DNA of 50,646 bases from Verrucomicrobiota bacterium (GTDB taxonomy: Bacteria > Bacteroidota > Bacteroidia > Flavobacteriales_E > Vicingaceae), in assembly GCA_002713165.1 (NCBI GenBank), contig PAVT01000010.1, positions 1 through 50,646 on the forward strand, read 5' to 3'. The notes below the pieces were generated by a model, which saw only the letters and a program-made list of their open reading frames with translations, was not told the origin of the DNA and ran no database searches. Below are positions 1-8,070 of this stretch, one piece after another. A program made the position numbers and the translations under genes. How positions within the stretch are numbered: position 1 is the first letter of the stretch; each line of letters begins with the position of its first letter.

Positions 1-78
1 AACATTGCACGAAGAACTGTTGCCAAATATCGTGAGCAATTGAATATTCCTGTCGCTCGATTGCGTAAAGAATTGTAA
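1..78 (+). CDS. rpoN: RNA polymerase sigma-54 factor, extreme C-terminus only (the rest lies upstream of the window)
   Basis: Frame 1 reads NIARRTVAKYREQLNIPVARLRKEL, then TAA at 76-78. ARRTVAKYRE is the conserved RpoN box. The stop overlaps the next start (TAATG). Confidence 0.75.
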   Translation, partial: NIARRTVAKYREQLNIPVARLRKEL

Positions 79-683
79 TGCGGCTCATCTCCCAATTTCT
101 CTCTTATTTGTTTCATCCCATATTTGGAAGTTTAATGAGTATGGTGGTGCTCTTTCACTTACCTATTTATTTGAACTATCGACTAACTGAAGAATATTTC
201 AATTACACCTATTTGGTGCTGATTGTAAATCTAGTGGTGGCCCCACTTCTAATAAGCAGCTTTTTAAAACGAAAAGGGTGGATCAAATCGTTTGAAATGC
301 ATGAAGCAAAAGAGCGTATAGTTCCCTATTTTATCATCTCACTTTTTTATTTTTTCACCTATTATCTTCTCTACCAGATCAATTTCCCCGCCTTTTATTT
401 GGCCATTTTCAGGGCTGCAATTATCTCTTTGTTATTGTTGTTTGTGTTTGCTACGCTCAATCAAAAGATAAGTGCACATCTTTGTGGTTTGGGGGGGATC
501 TGTGGTATGCTGATAGTTGTGGCCTTAAAATTTAGCATTGACACCACTTTTTTGATAATTGTAGCTTTGGTTGTTTCAGGAGCTGTAGCTTCCGCACGCT
601 ATGCATTAAATGCACACAACTTTGGTCAATTACTTTTTGGCTTTTTGATTGGTTTGCTGTGTCAATTTAGCAGTTTGTTTTAA
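78..683 (+). CDS. Polytopic membrane protein, possibly a degenerate PAP2-like phosphatase
   Basis: 201-aa ORF with about 6 hydrophobic segments. ISAH and SARYALNAHNFGQ resemble the PAP2 C2/C3 motifs (PSGH, SRxxxxxHxxxD) but are degenerate. Translationally coupled to rpoN. Confidence 0.6.
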   Translation: MRLISQFLSYLFHPIFGSLMSMVVLFHLPIYLNYRLTEEYFNYTYLVLIVNLVVAPLLISSFLKRKGWIKSFEMHEAKERIVPYFIISLFYFFTYYLLYQINFPAFYLAIFRAAIISLLLLFVFATLNQKISAHLCGLGGICGMLIVVALKFSIDTTFLIIVALVVSGAVASARYALNAHNFGQLLFGFLIGLLCQFSSLF

Positions 684-684
684 G

Positions 685-1047
685 TCATGGCGAAAATGCC
701 TCCTGAATGTGCTTTATGGAGTGAGAGCTTTCTCTTTTGTCAAAAACAATGCTGATAACATCAAAACGACAATCTAAAGCACACTCTTTTTCTTCGATAT
801 AGGCATTGGTTGCTGAGATCAAATGACTTTGCTTTGCTCTAGTAACTGCCTCATAGGGTTGCTGGTGAAGAACAGAGCTCCTGCTTTTGACTTCTACAAT
901 GACCAATTGATGTTCATATTGTGCAATGATGTCAATCTCTGATTTATGAAATCGCCAATTGCGTTCAAGAATCGTATAACCACTTTGAATTAAATAGTTT
1001 GCTGCAAGATGTTCTCCCCTTTCTCCAATCTCATTATGCTCTGCCAT
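685..1047 (-). CDS. yraN: YraN family (UPF0102) endonuclease-like protein
   Basis: GERGEHLAANYL...GYTILERNWR....EIDIIA...LVIVEVKSR is the YraN signature. The ORF track starts at a TTG (1056); the first ATG is at 1047. Confidence 0.8.
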   Translation of the reverse strand: MAEHNEIGERGEHLAANYLIQSGYTILERNWRFHKSEIDIIAQYEHQLVIVEVKSRSSVLHQQPYEAVTRAKQSHLISATNAYIEEKECALDCRFDVISIVFDKRESSHSIKHIQEAFSP

Positions 1048-1954
1048 TGAAAACAAGTTTTATCTGCCCATTTTTATTTTCTAGCCGAACCTTTGCGCCC
1101 ATTCGCAGCGCTAAGTTTGGCTCCACATGCCCAGCGGGAAAGCCGAATATAACTGGAATGCCATATTCCTCTAAATTCTCTTTTATGATCTCTTCAGCTG
1201 TTGCACCATAAGGAACTGTATTGTCATTCATATCACTCATTCCTCCAACAATGACCGCTTTACATCCATTGAATAATCCGGCCCTCCTTAAGTTCATTAG
1301 CATGCGGTCAATGTGATACAAATATTCATCAAGATCTTCAAAAAAGAGAATGGAATTCTCTTTTTTGAGCTGAGAAGAGGTACCTGTTAAGCTGTAAATT
1401 ATCGACAAATTTCCCCCATATAATCTCCCTTCGAGGCTTTCAAAATTCAACAATGAAGGTGACTTTGCTTCAAATTCATAGGTCTGATTTACGCCGAACA
1501 AGCTGTCTTTTAAACTTTGGGTGCTTTTGTTTTCTATAGTGTCAATGGGAAAATTGATCGGCATGGTGGCATGCAAAGTTTCAATCCCAAAATTTTGGTT
1601 TATGTGATTGTGCAATGCTGTGATATCACTATAACCTATCAGCCATTTTGGATGAATTCTGAATGCAGTGAAGTCCAATTCATCGATCAATTGAATCGTA
1701 CCGTAACCACCACGTGCACAAAGTATGGCCTTTACATTAGGGTCATCTAAGGCAGTTTGCAAATCATGCTGTCTCTGTGCTTTTGTCCCTGCAAATTGAT
1801 GAGATACTGCCTGTATGTTTTCTCCTAAGCTGACTTTTAAACCCCAAGACTTGAGCATTCGAATTGCTGGAGTCAATTCATCTTGAGAAATCTTCCTTGC
1901 GGTACTGATGATGCGTATCTGATCCCCCTCATTTAAAAAAGCAGCTTGGCTCAT
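1034..1954 (-). CDS. LD-carboxypeptidase (peptidase S66 family)
   Basis: 306 aa. Contains AGT...R..DL..AL.D..VKAILCARGGYG and the C-terminal GFPAGH motif typical of LdcA/MccF-type S66 peptidases. Confidence 0.85.
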   Translation of the reverse strand: MSQAAFLNEGDQIRIISTARKISQDELTPAIRMLKSWGLKVSLGENIQAVSHQFAGTKAQRQHDLQTALDDPNVKAILCARGGYGTIQLIDELDFTAFRIHPKWLIGYSDITALHNHINQNFGIETLHATMPINFPIDTIENKSTQSLKDSLFGVNQTYEFEAKSPSLLNFESLEGRLYGGNLSIIYSLTGTSSQLKKENSILFFEDLDEYLYHIDRMLMNLRRAGLFNGCKAVIVGGMSDMNDNTVPYGATAEEIIKENLEEYGIPVIFGFPAGHVEPNLALRMGAKVRLENKNGQIKLVFNGRA

Positions 1955-2045
1955 GTTTCAAATTTAATGGTCTTATCGATATTTCAAAGCATGGATAAAG
2001 GAATACAGCGATTTTTCGTAATCTTGTCTACGCAATTTTTTTGCA

Positions 2046-2119
2046 GGGCCCTTAGCTCAGTTGGTTAGAGCACCTGACTCATAATCAGGTGGTCGCTGGT
2101 TCGAGCCCAGCAGGGCCCA
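2046..2119 (+). tRNA. tRNA with CAU anticodon, most likely tRNA-Ile2 (lysidine type); elongator tRNA-Met is the alternative
   Basis: Cloverleaf read by eye: acceptor GGGCCCT/AGGGCCC, D arm AGCTCAGTTGGTTAGAGC, anticodon stem CCTGA/TCAGG with loop CTCATAA, variable TGGTC, T arm GCTGG-TTCGAGC-CCAGC, discriminator A. The acceptor, variable loop and T arm resemble E. coli ileX as I recall it. CCA is not encoded. Confidence 0.9.
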
Positions 2120-2127
2120 CAAAATGG

Positions 2128-2165
2128 AAATCTCCTAGCCAAAAAGGCTAGGAGATTTTATTTTG
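2128..2165 (+). terminator. Rho-independent terminator after the tRNA
   Basis: Perfect 13-bp stem aaatctcctagcc / ggctaggagattt with a 5-nt loop (aaaaa), followed by tattttg. Confidence 0.75.
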
Positions 2166-2214
2166 TATTATTTGGAAGCGAGAAGTTTATCCGACGCAAT
2201 GAAATGGAGGTGGA

Positions 2215-2233
2215 AGCCCAGCAGGGCCCACAA
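2215..2233 (+). repeat. 19-nt direct repeat of the tRNA 3' end (att-like site)
   Basis: agcccagcagggcccacaa occurs at 2104-2122 (T-arm 3' half, acceptor 3' strand and 3 flanking nt) and again exactly at 2215-2233. Confidence 0.85.
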
Positions 2234-2255
2234 CTGTTAAAAGTTAGAAATCATA

Positions 2256-3061
<806 letters not shown>

Positions 3062-3170
3062 GAATCGAAGGATAAGAAGCAATCTTAATGGGGAGGACTT
3101 TTGGTCAACACAACTTAAGCAAGATGGCAATCCCACCTTATTCTTTAATCAACTTCACTGCCTTGGACTC

Positions 3171-4472
3171 TTATCCTGCAAGCTGCAAAAAGTACAGCCC
3201 TTTGGGCAAATGCGCTGCATCAAAACGAAAGCCACTGGCAGTTTTCTCTGCCTGCATCGGAAATTGTTGCCCCATCACATTGAACAATTGAAAGGCAGCT
3301 GTTGATTTTGATACCGTCTCCAAGAAGAAATAGTTGTTTACTGGATTGGGATAGAGCATGAATGTAATATCTCTATCATCTGGAGTCTCATTTGTAGAAT
3401 CGACATAAGTACATGTAAATAATCCAGAATATTGACGACCAAAATTCACTCGAACAGCAGGTAAATCATCAATTGCCATCCACCCTGCATTAGTGGCATG
3501 ACCAAACATTACATAAGAAGTTTTTGATGGTTGGAGGTCAATTGCCCCCGTATCAAGAGCTACTATTAGATTATTATTTGTTGATGTTCTTGAGGTAGTT
3601 TCCCACCCAGCAACAAACTTTTCCCCAGCTCTTAAATCCCTAGTTGTAAGTGATCCTACATTAAAATCAAAAGCTTTCCATTTGCCCAAGTCTGCAGCAG
3701 TTATTGCTATTGGAATAAAGCTAGACATTAGTTCTATTCCAACCTCATTTTTATTTCCTAAACTGTCTTCATTGTATGACCATATTTTAGGAACAATTGA
3801 GATGCCAATATTTGATGAATCATTGGTAATATATATACTTAATGTAGTCGGGGTTCTACAGTTAGAAAAGCAAAAACTGGCACTGGCACGATATGGATCA
3901 TCAATAAATTGGAATAGGGTGCCAAATCTGTCTCCAATAGTATCTCCACCAAATACACCGTTGATTGTATCTGAATAAAAACTAGGTCCTGTGCTAGAGG
4001 TAAAATCACTAAAATCCTTACTGAGCGTCGTATCACTTACGCTAAAAAAACATTCAGATGAGTCAATGTAGGAATTAAGGTGTGATTCTATAATTACTCT
4101 ATACCAATAGTTTCCTTTACAAATAAATTCAAAAATACTGTCGGAATTGTGTGAAAAAGAAGATTTTGGAAATAATGTGTCATTTATCAAAATTGTCCGA
4201 TTAAAGGTTGTTCGGAGGCTGTCGAGTGTATCTCTAGTGACAAGTTTATGAGTAATCTTCAAGTCAGATAGGGTATCGTTGGAATTATTGCGACATTCTG
4301 ATATAAATCGAAGTTTGTACTGATAGAATAAAGGAATATCTGTAAAGAAAGGCTGGAAATCTCCACTGTCTATTTGTGAGACTACAATATTGCCAAGAAC
4401 AAGAGAGTCTTGAGCTCTCGCTGATACCAAAAACGAAAACACAATTAAAAGTATTGAGGCAATTTTTTTCAT
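3171..4472 (-). CDS. Secreted T9SS cargo protein of unknown function; the sorting domain is cut short by an in-frame TAA
   Basis: Signal peptide MKKIASILLIVFSFLVSARA|Q. C-terminal T9SS type A domain LYPNPVNNYF...FQLFNVMGQQ...HLPKGLYFLQLAG stops about 11 codons early (see findings). ATGA overlap with the upstream gene. Confidence 0.75.
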   Translation of the reverse strand: MKKIASILLIVFSFLVSARAQDSLVLGNIVVSQIDSGDFQPFFTDIPLFYQYKLRFISECRNNSNDTLSDLKITHKLVTRDTLDSLRTTFNRTILINDTLFPKSSFSHNSDSIFEFICKGNYWYRVIIESHLNSYIDSSECFFSVSDTTLSKDFSDFTSSTGPSFYSDTINGVFGGDTIGDRFGTLFQFIDDPYRASASFCFSNCRTPTTLSIYITNDSSNIGISIVPKIWSYNEDSLGNKNEVGIELMSSFIPIAITAADLGKWKAFDFNVGSLTTRDLRAGEKFVAGWETTSRTSTNNNLIVALDTGAIDLQPSKTSYVMFGHATNAGWMAIDDLPAVRVNFGRQYSGLFTCTYVDSTNETPDDRDITFMLYPNPVNNYFFLETVSKSTAAFQLFNVMGQQFPMQAEKTASGFRFDAAHLPKGLYFLQLAG

Positions 4473-5449
4473 TCTGTTTTGACAAATTTTTGAGCAGATA
4501 CCTGACCATCAGCAAAATTTATCTGCAATACATATAAGCCTTTAGGTAAATGATCTGCACTAAAACGGAAGCCATTTAATGTGGTCTCATAGCTAATTTC
4601 AAATTGCTGACCAAGGCTGTTGAATAATTGGAATGTGGGCGTTGAACTCACTTCAAAGGACAGGCTAAAGTATTGACGAACAGGATTGGGGTACACTAAT
4701 AGACCCTTCTGTTTGTGAGGTAATTCTTGCAATCCCACCGCTCCAGTATCTCTAGGCAAGCTATCACAATGGCTTAACCATACATCATCGATGTAGTAAT
4801 AGGTCTTGTTAAAGGTAACATCGCTCCCGCCTCCAACAAAAAGTGTATCTAGCAAAGAATCTGTTTTAAATACACCAATGCTCAAGAATCGTTCGCCTCC
4901 TTGGGCAGTGTAAGCACCACTTAATTTAACCCATTGGTTCTTTTCCGTAAAATGACTACTGTCATTAAATTCGATTTGAGGCATTGTGTCTATTCTTAAA
5001 TGTAGTAAATTTAGTTTTAGTTTATTATTACTAAAAAATACTCCTAGATTATTTTTTATTGCATAAGTCATTGAGTCAGCCAAACTCACATACATTTGAA
5101 AACAATACGAACTGTCTTTCTTTAAAGAATCAGCAAATTCATTTTGGATATACTCCCTTGTTTCGCTCAAGAATAAATCATAACCCATTATTCCGAAATA
5201 TGCATTTCCATCTATTGCATTCTGAAAACCACTATAATTTTGTGGGACTCTGTATAGTGTAGATGCTCTGCTCGAGTGAAAAAAATCAGGGGTACTGCCA
5301 ACAGTAGGTGTGCCCCAATGATTAGATTTTAAAGTACCAAGTCCCGATCTTGCAGTATCTTCAAAAGACCCATTTTGAATTATGTTTTGCGATTGAGCAT
5401 TACTAAATAAGCCCATACACATTAAGATATAGAGAATGCTTTTTAACAT
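4469..5449 (-). CDS. Secreted T9SS cargo protein, NxIxNxSFED jelly-roll-like N-domain (paralog of 7090-8070)
   Basis: Signal peptide ...GLFSNA|QSQ. Contains NIIQNGSFEDT, GSTPDFF, GGGSD...YYYIDD. Complete sorting domain VYPNPV...LPKGLYVLQINFADGQVSAQKFVKTE. By eye about 45% identical to the 7090-8070 product. Confidence 0.85.
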   Translation of the reverse strand: MLKSILYILMCMGLFSNAQSQNIIQNGSFEDTARSGLGTLKSNHWGTPTVGSTPDFFHSSRASTLYRVPQNYSGFQNAIDGNAYFGIMGYDLFLSETREYIQNEFADSLKKDSSYCFQMYVSLADSMTYAIKNNLGVFFSNNKLKLNLLHLRIDTMPQIEFNDSSHFTEKNQWVKLSGAYTAQGGERFLSIGVFKTDSLLDTLFVGGGSDVTFNKTYYYIDDVWLSHCDSLPRDTGAVGLQELPHKQKGLLVYPNPVRQYFSLSFEVSSTPTFQLFNSLGQQFEISYETTLNGFRFSADHLPKGLYVLQINFADGQVSAQKFVKTE

Positions 5450-7074
5450 TATTCAATCATAATTTTTTCAATTTCCAATAATTGGTCACCTTTCATTAAA
5501 CGTATAAGGTGCAATCCTGGTTGCAATTCGGATACTTCTATTGAGTGTGTTGATCCCTTTTTTAGGAAAGAACTTGTTTTAGTCCTACCCAATAAATCAA
5601 TTACATCCAATTTGATGAAATTATTATCTTCAACTTCATAACTTAAATGTAACACTTCATTTGCCGGATTAGGATAAATTGCAAATTCAGACGATGCCTT
5701 ATACTTAAGCCTTAAGAATTGGTTTGATTTACGTTTTTTTGTCAATTCACATTCATTGACCACCATAGAAAATCCCATCTGTTCTAAAATTGCTCTTGCT
5801 TGATATACCCCTAATCCATCATAAAAGGGACATAATCGTGCAATACGATTTAATGTATTTAAATCAGCTTTGGATAACGAATCGCTCTTTAACCATTGTT
5901 TTTGAATTGATGAGACATCCTCTACATTTCTATCTATATGATGAACTGCTCTACCAATTGCTCGATTGTTTTTTCCTAATGCTTTGCCCAAAGCCGTATT
6001 TTTCATACTGTCACTAAAATTCTTCCAAAGGCTATCTGTCAATAAGGTTGAATCATTGTTTAATTGCCAATAAAGCAATTGCTTGTTGAGTCTCCAAGCA
6101 CTGTCTGGTGCAAAAACAATATCCTTTGATTTTTTTTTGATCAATTGTTTGGAGGAGACTTTAATTTTATTCTTGGGCAATTGTGGATTCGATCCAGATT
6201 TTATTCTTAATGGTAGATTACAAGCATTTTGACTTGGATTTAAGTTGGTCCATTCAAATATTGCAGAAGCATTTGCACCAGTATAATCAGCTGATATGTC
6301 TATAATTGGATTAAAATAAGTTGGAAAGGGTTGCACATTTCGTACATGTAGCGAACATAAATCTCCATTTGAACGATCAGCATATGTATGTCTCATATTG
6401 GTTCCGGTTGTTATCCAATCCCAACGATTGTCCGAAGCGTTGCCGTTATCGTCAACATTTCCAATAAAACCATTATTGGATAAAACGAAACCTAATTGAT
6501 GATCTTTCAGGCTATTTTTAACCACTTCCGTATTTGGTTCATGCCGTCCAACAAATCGCAAACCTATGCCTGTACCCTCAACTTTATTGCAATTCACTTG
6601 AGAAGCATTTGCATTCGCGCTCAATGTATTTTCAAGCACGATTCCCATAATTAGTTCATTGGTATTTGGGGAAGTACTGTATTGGCTTAAATCCAACTGC
6701 ACTTTATTTTCCTTTAAGATGTATCCACCCTCTGTATTTATAGCCCTAATGCCGTAAGAAGGAGGATTGTCATTGCAAAAAGGAAAACAAAAAGGGTCAG
6801 GTGGAATTACTCGGTCATTTAAATCATAAATCTCATTGTTTTCAATATCTGCGGCTGTAAATTGCGCAACTATTCCATTCCTAGCATGTTTGATCTCATT
6901 GCCTGACACATCTATGCTAGCTGTTGTACCTAAGAGATAATTGATTACAGAAATCCCTGTCGAATAATGGTTGAATTTAGAGGTGTATGTGCTGCCTGAT
7001 TGAACTTCCATATCGAGGACATTATCCAATATACCTACATTTACTGAATTGTAAACACCTATGCCCATAGTCAC
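5449..7074 (-). CDS. 5'-truncated paralog of the 8063-11398 beta-helix T9SS protein; no signal peptide, probable gene remnant
   Basis: 541 aa starting at a GTG. It aligns with the C-terminal half of the 1111-aa ORF. The first ~65 aa are nearly identical and the rest is roughly 45% identical. Complete sorting domain IYPNPANEV...LQPGLHLIRLMKGDQLLEIEKIMIE. There is no N-terminal export signal. Confidence 0.6.
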   Translation of the reverse strand: MTMGIGVYNSVNVGILDNVLDMEVQSGSTYTSKFNHYSTGISVINYLLGTTASIDVSGNEIKHARNGIVAQFTAADIENNEIYDLNDRVIPPDPFCFPFCNDNPPSYGIRAINTEGGYILKENKVQLDLSQYSTSPNTNELIMGIVLENTLSANANASQVNCNKVEGTGIGLRFVGRHEPNTEVVKNSLKDHQLGFVLSNNGFIGNVDDNGNASDNRWDWITTGTNMRHTYADRSNGDLCSLHVRNVQPFPTYFNPIIDISADYTGANASAIFEWTNLNPSQNACNLPLRIKSGSNPQLPKNKIKVSSKQLIKKKSKDIVFAPDSAWRLNKQLLYWQLNNDSTLLTDSLWKNFSDSMKNTALGKALGKNNRAIGRAVHHIDRNVEDVSSIQKQWLKSDSLSKADLNTLNRIARLCPFYDGLGVYQARAILEQMGFSMVVNECELTKKRKSNQFLRLKYKASSEFAIYPNPANEVLHLSYEVEDNNFIKLDVIDLLGRTKTSSFLKKGSTHSIEVSELQPGLHLIRLMKGDQLLEIEKIMIE

Positions 7075-7087
7075 ATTATAGATTTCA
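6871..7087 (-). repeat. 217-bp block ~95% identical to 9482-9698
   Basis: Aligned by eye, with about 10 mismatches in 217 nt. The flanking sequence on the low-coordinate side is strongly diverged. The high-coordinate side ends at the upstream gene's stop codon. Confidence 0.85.
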
Positions 7088-7089
7088 AT

Positions 7090-8070
7090 CTACTGCTTAA
7101 TTATCTTTCTGCTTACTCGCTTTTGGTCTGCAATAATCTCTAACAAATAAATGCCCTTTGGTAAATGACCAACTGATAATTGGATTTGGTTGTTTGTCTG
7201 CTGCTGTCTGCTCTCAACAGTTTGCCCAACTAAGTTGTAAAGCTGTATTTGCAGTTTCTCCTTACCTTCATAGCTGATAAACAACTGCTCTTTTGTTGGG
7301 TTAGGGTAAACTTTAATTCTACTGTTCAAAGTATTTTCACCTAAACCGTTGGGCGTATCTAATGGCACACTATCACAATGCCCTAAATAAATATCATCCA
7401 AATAATAATATGTTGCTCTGTCAATTATATCTGAACCACCACCTACATTTAACGTATCAACTTCGGTTGAATCGGTAAAATTTCCAATGGTAATGTATTC
7501 TTCTCCACCTTGTGCTTGGTATTCAAAATTGTATGCTACCCACCTTTCTTTTTCGGTAATAAAAGTATCGGGCGATACCATTATTTGAGGTTGAACAGGC
7601 AAGTAAAAAAAATCGTTTGAGCCAACTTGATTTTGAGAAAAGTAAACACCTAATTTGTTTTTTGAAGCAAACAATTGTGAATCTGCTAAAGAAACGTAGA
7701 GTTGCAAGCAATATAAACTATCTTGCACCAAAGGTTTTTTTAACTTGTTTTGTAAATACTCCCTGAACCGCTTGCTATCATTATTTCGATATAAAGAATA
7801 TATTAGTATTCCTGAATATGCTACTCCTGTTTTTGCTTCTTGATAACCAACAAAATTGCTTGGTACATCTATTACGCTTGGACTATTGTAAGGGCTAAAA
7901 AAATCAGGACTTCCTTTTGTGGGAGTTTTCCATTTATCAAAATAAATTGTTCCAAATTGAATGGTTGTAGTATCCTCAAAACTTGGATTTGGGATTAAAT
8001 TCTGTGCATTGCTTTGCAACGCACAGAATACTAAAAGAACTATCAGTTTAAACCTTCTCATTTTATTCAA
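7090..8070 (-). CDS. Secreted T9SS cargo protein, NxIxNxSFED jelly-roll-like N-domain
   Basis: Signal peptide ...CALQSNA|QNL. Contains NLIPNPSFEDT, GSPDFF, GGGSD...YYYLDD. Sorting domain VYPNPTKEQ...LPKGIYLLEIIADQKRVSRKIIKQ. 8-nt overlap with the upstream ORF. Confidence 0.85.
   Translation of the reverse strand: MNKMRRFKLIVLLVFCALQSNAQNLIPNPSFEDTTTIQFGTIYFDKWKTPTKGSPDFFSPYNSPSVIDVPSNFVGYQEAKTGVAYSGILIYSLYRNNDSKRFREYLQNKLKKPLVQDSLYCLQLYVSLADSQLFASKNKLGVYFSQNQVGSNDFFYLPVQPQIMVSPDTFITEKERWVAYNFEYQAQGGEEYITIGNFTDSTEVDTLNVGGGSDIIDRATYYYLDDIYLGHCDSVPLDTPNGLGENTLNSRIKVYPNPTKEQLFISYEGKEKLQIQLYNLVGQTVESRQQQTNNQIQLSVGHLPKGIYLLEIIADQKRVSRKIIKQ

Noticed and set aside
2046-2119. The possibility that the CAU tRNA is the initiator tRNA-fMet.
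   Set aside because: Position 1:72 is a normal G:C pair. The anticodon stem (CCTGA/TCAGG) lacks the three consecutive G:C pairs typical of initiators. The acceptor and T arm resemble tRNA-Ile2.
6130-6138. Homopolymer tracts inside coding regions (T9 at 6130-6138 encoding KKK, and T8 near 16186 in the A2M gene) as possible phase-variation sites.
   Set aside because: They are short, encode ordinary Lys runs and are currently in frame, with no evidence of length heterogeneity. They are far weaker than the 29-bp duplication signal.
7072-7092. The TAG stop of the 7090-8070 gene is in frame with the truncated paralog (TAG ATT GAA ATC TAT AAT GTG...). Stop-codon readthrough would therefore give a signal-peptide-bearing fusion protein.
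   Set aside because: An in-frame arrangement has a one-in-three chance. There is no readthrough context, suppressor tRNA or recoding signal that I can see. The homology breakpoint explains the junction without invoking recoding.
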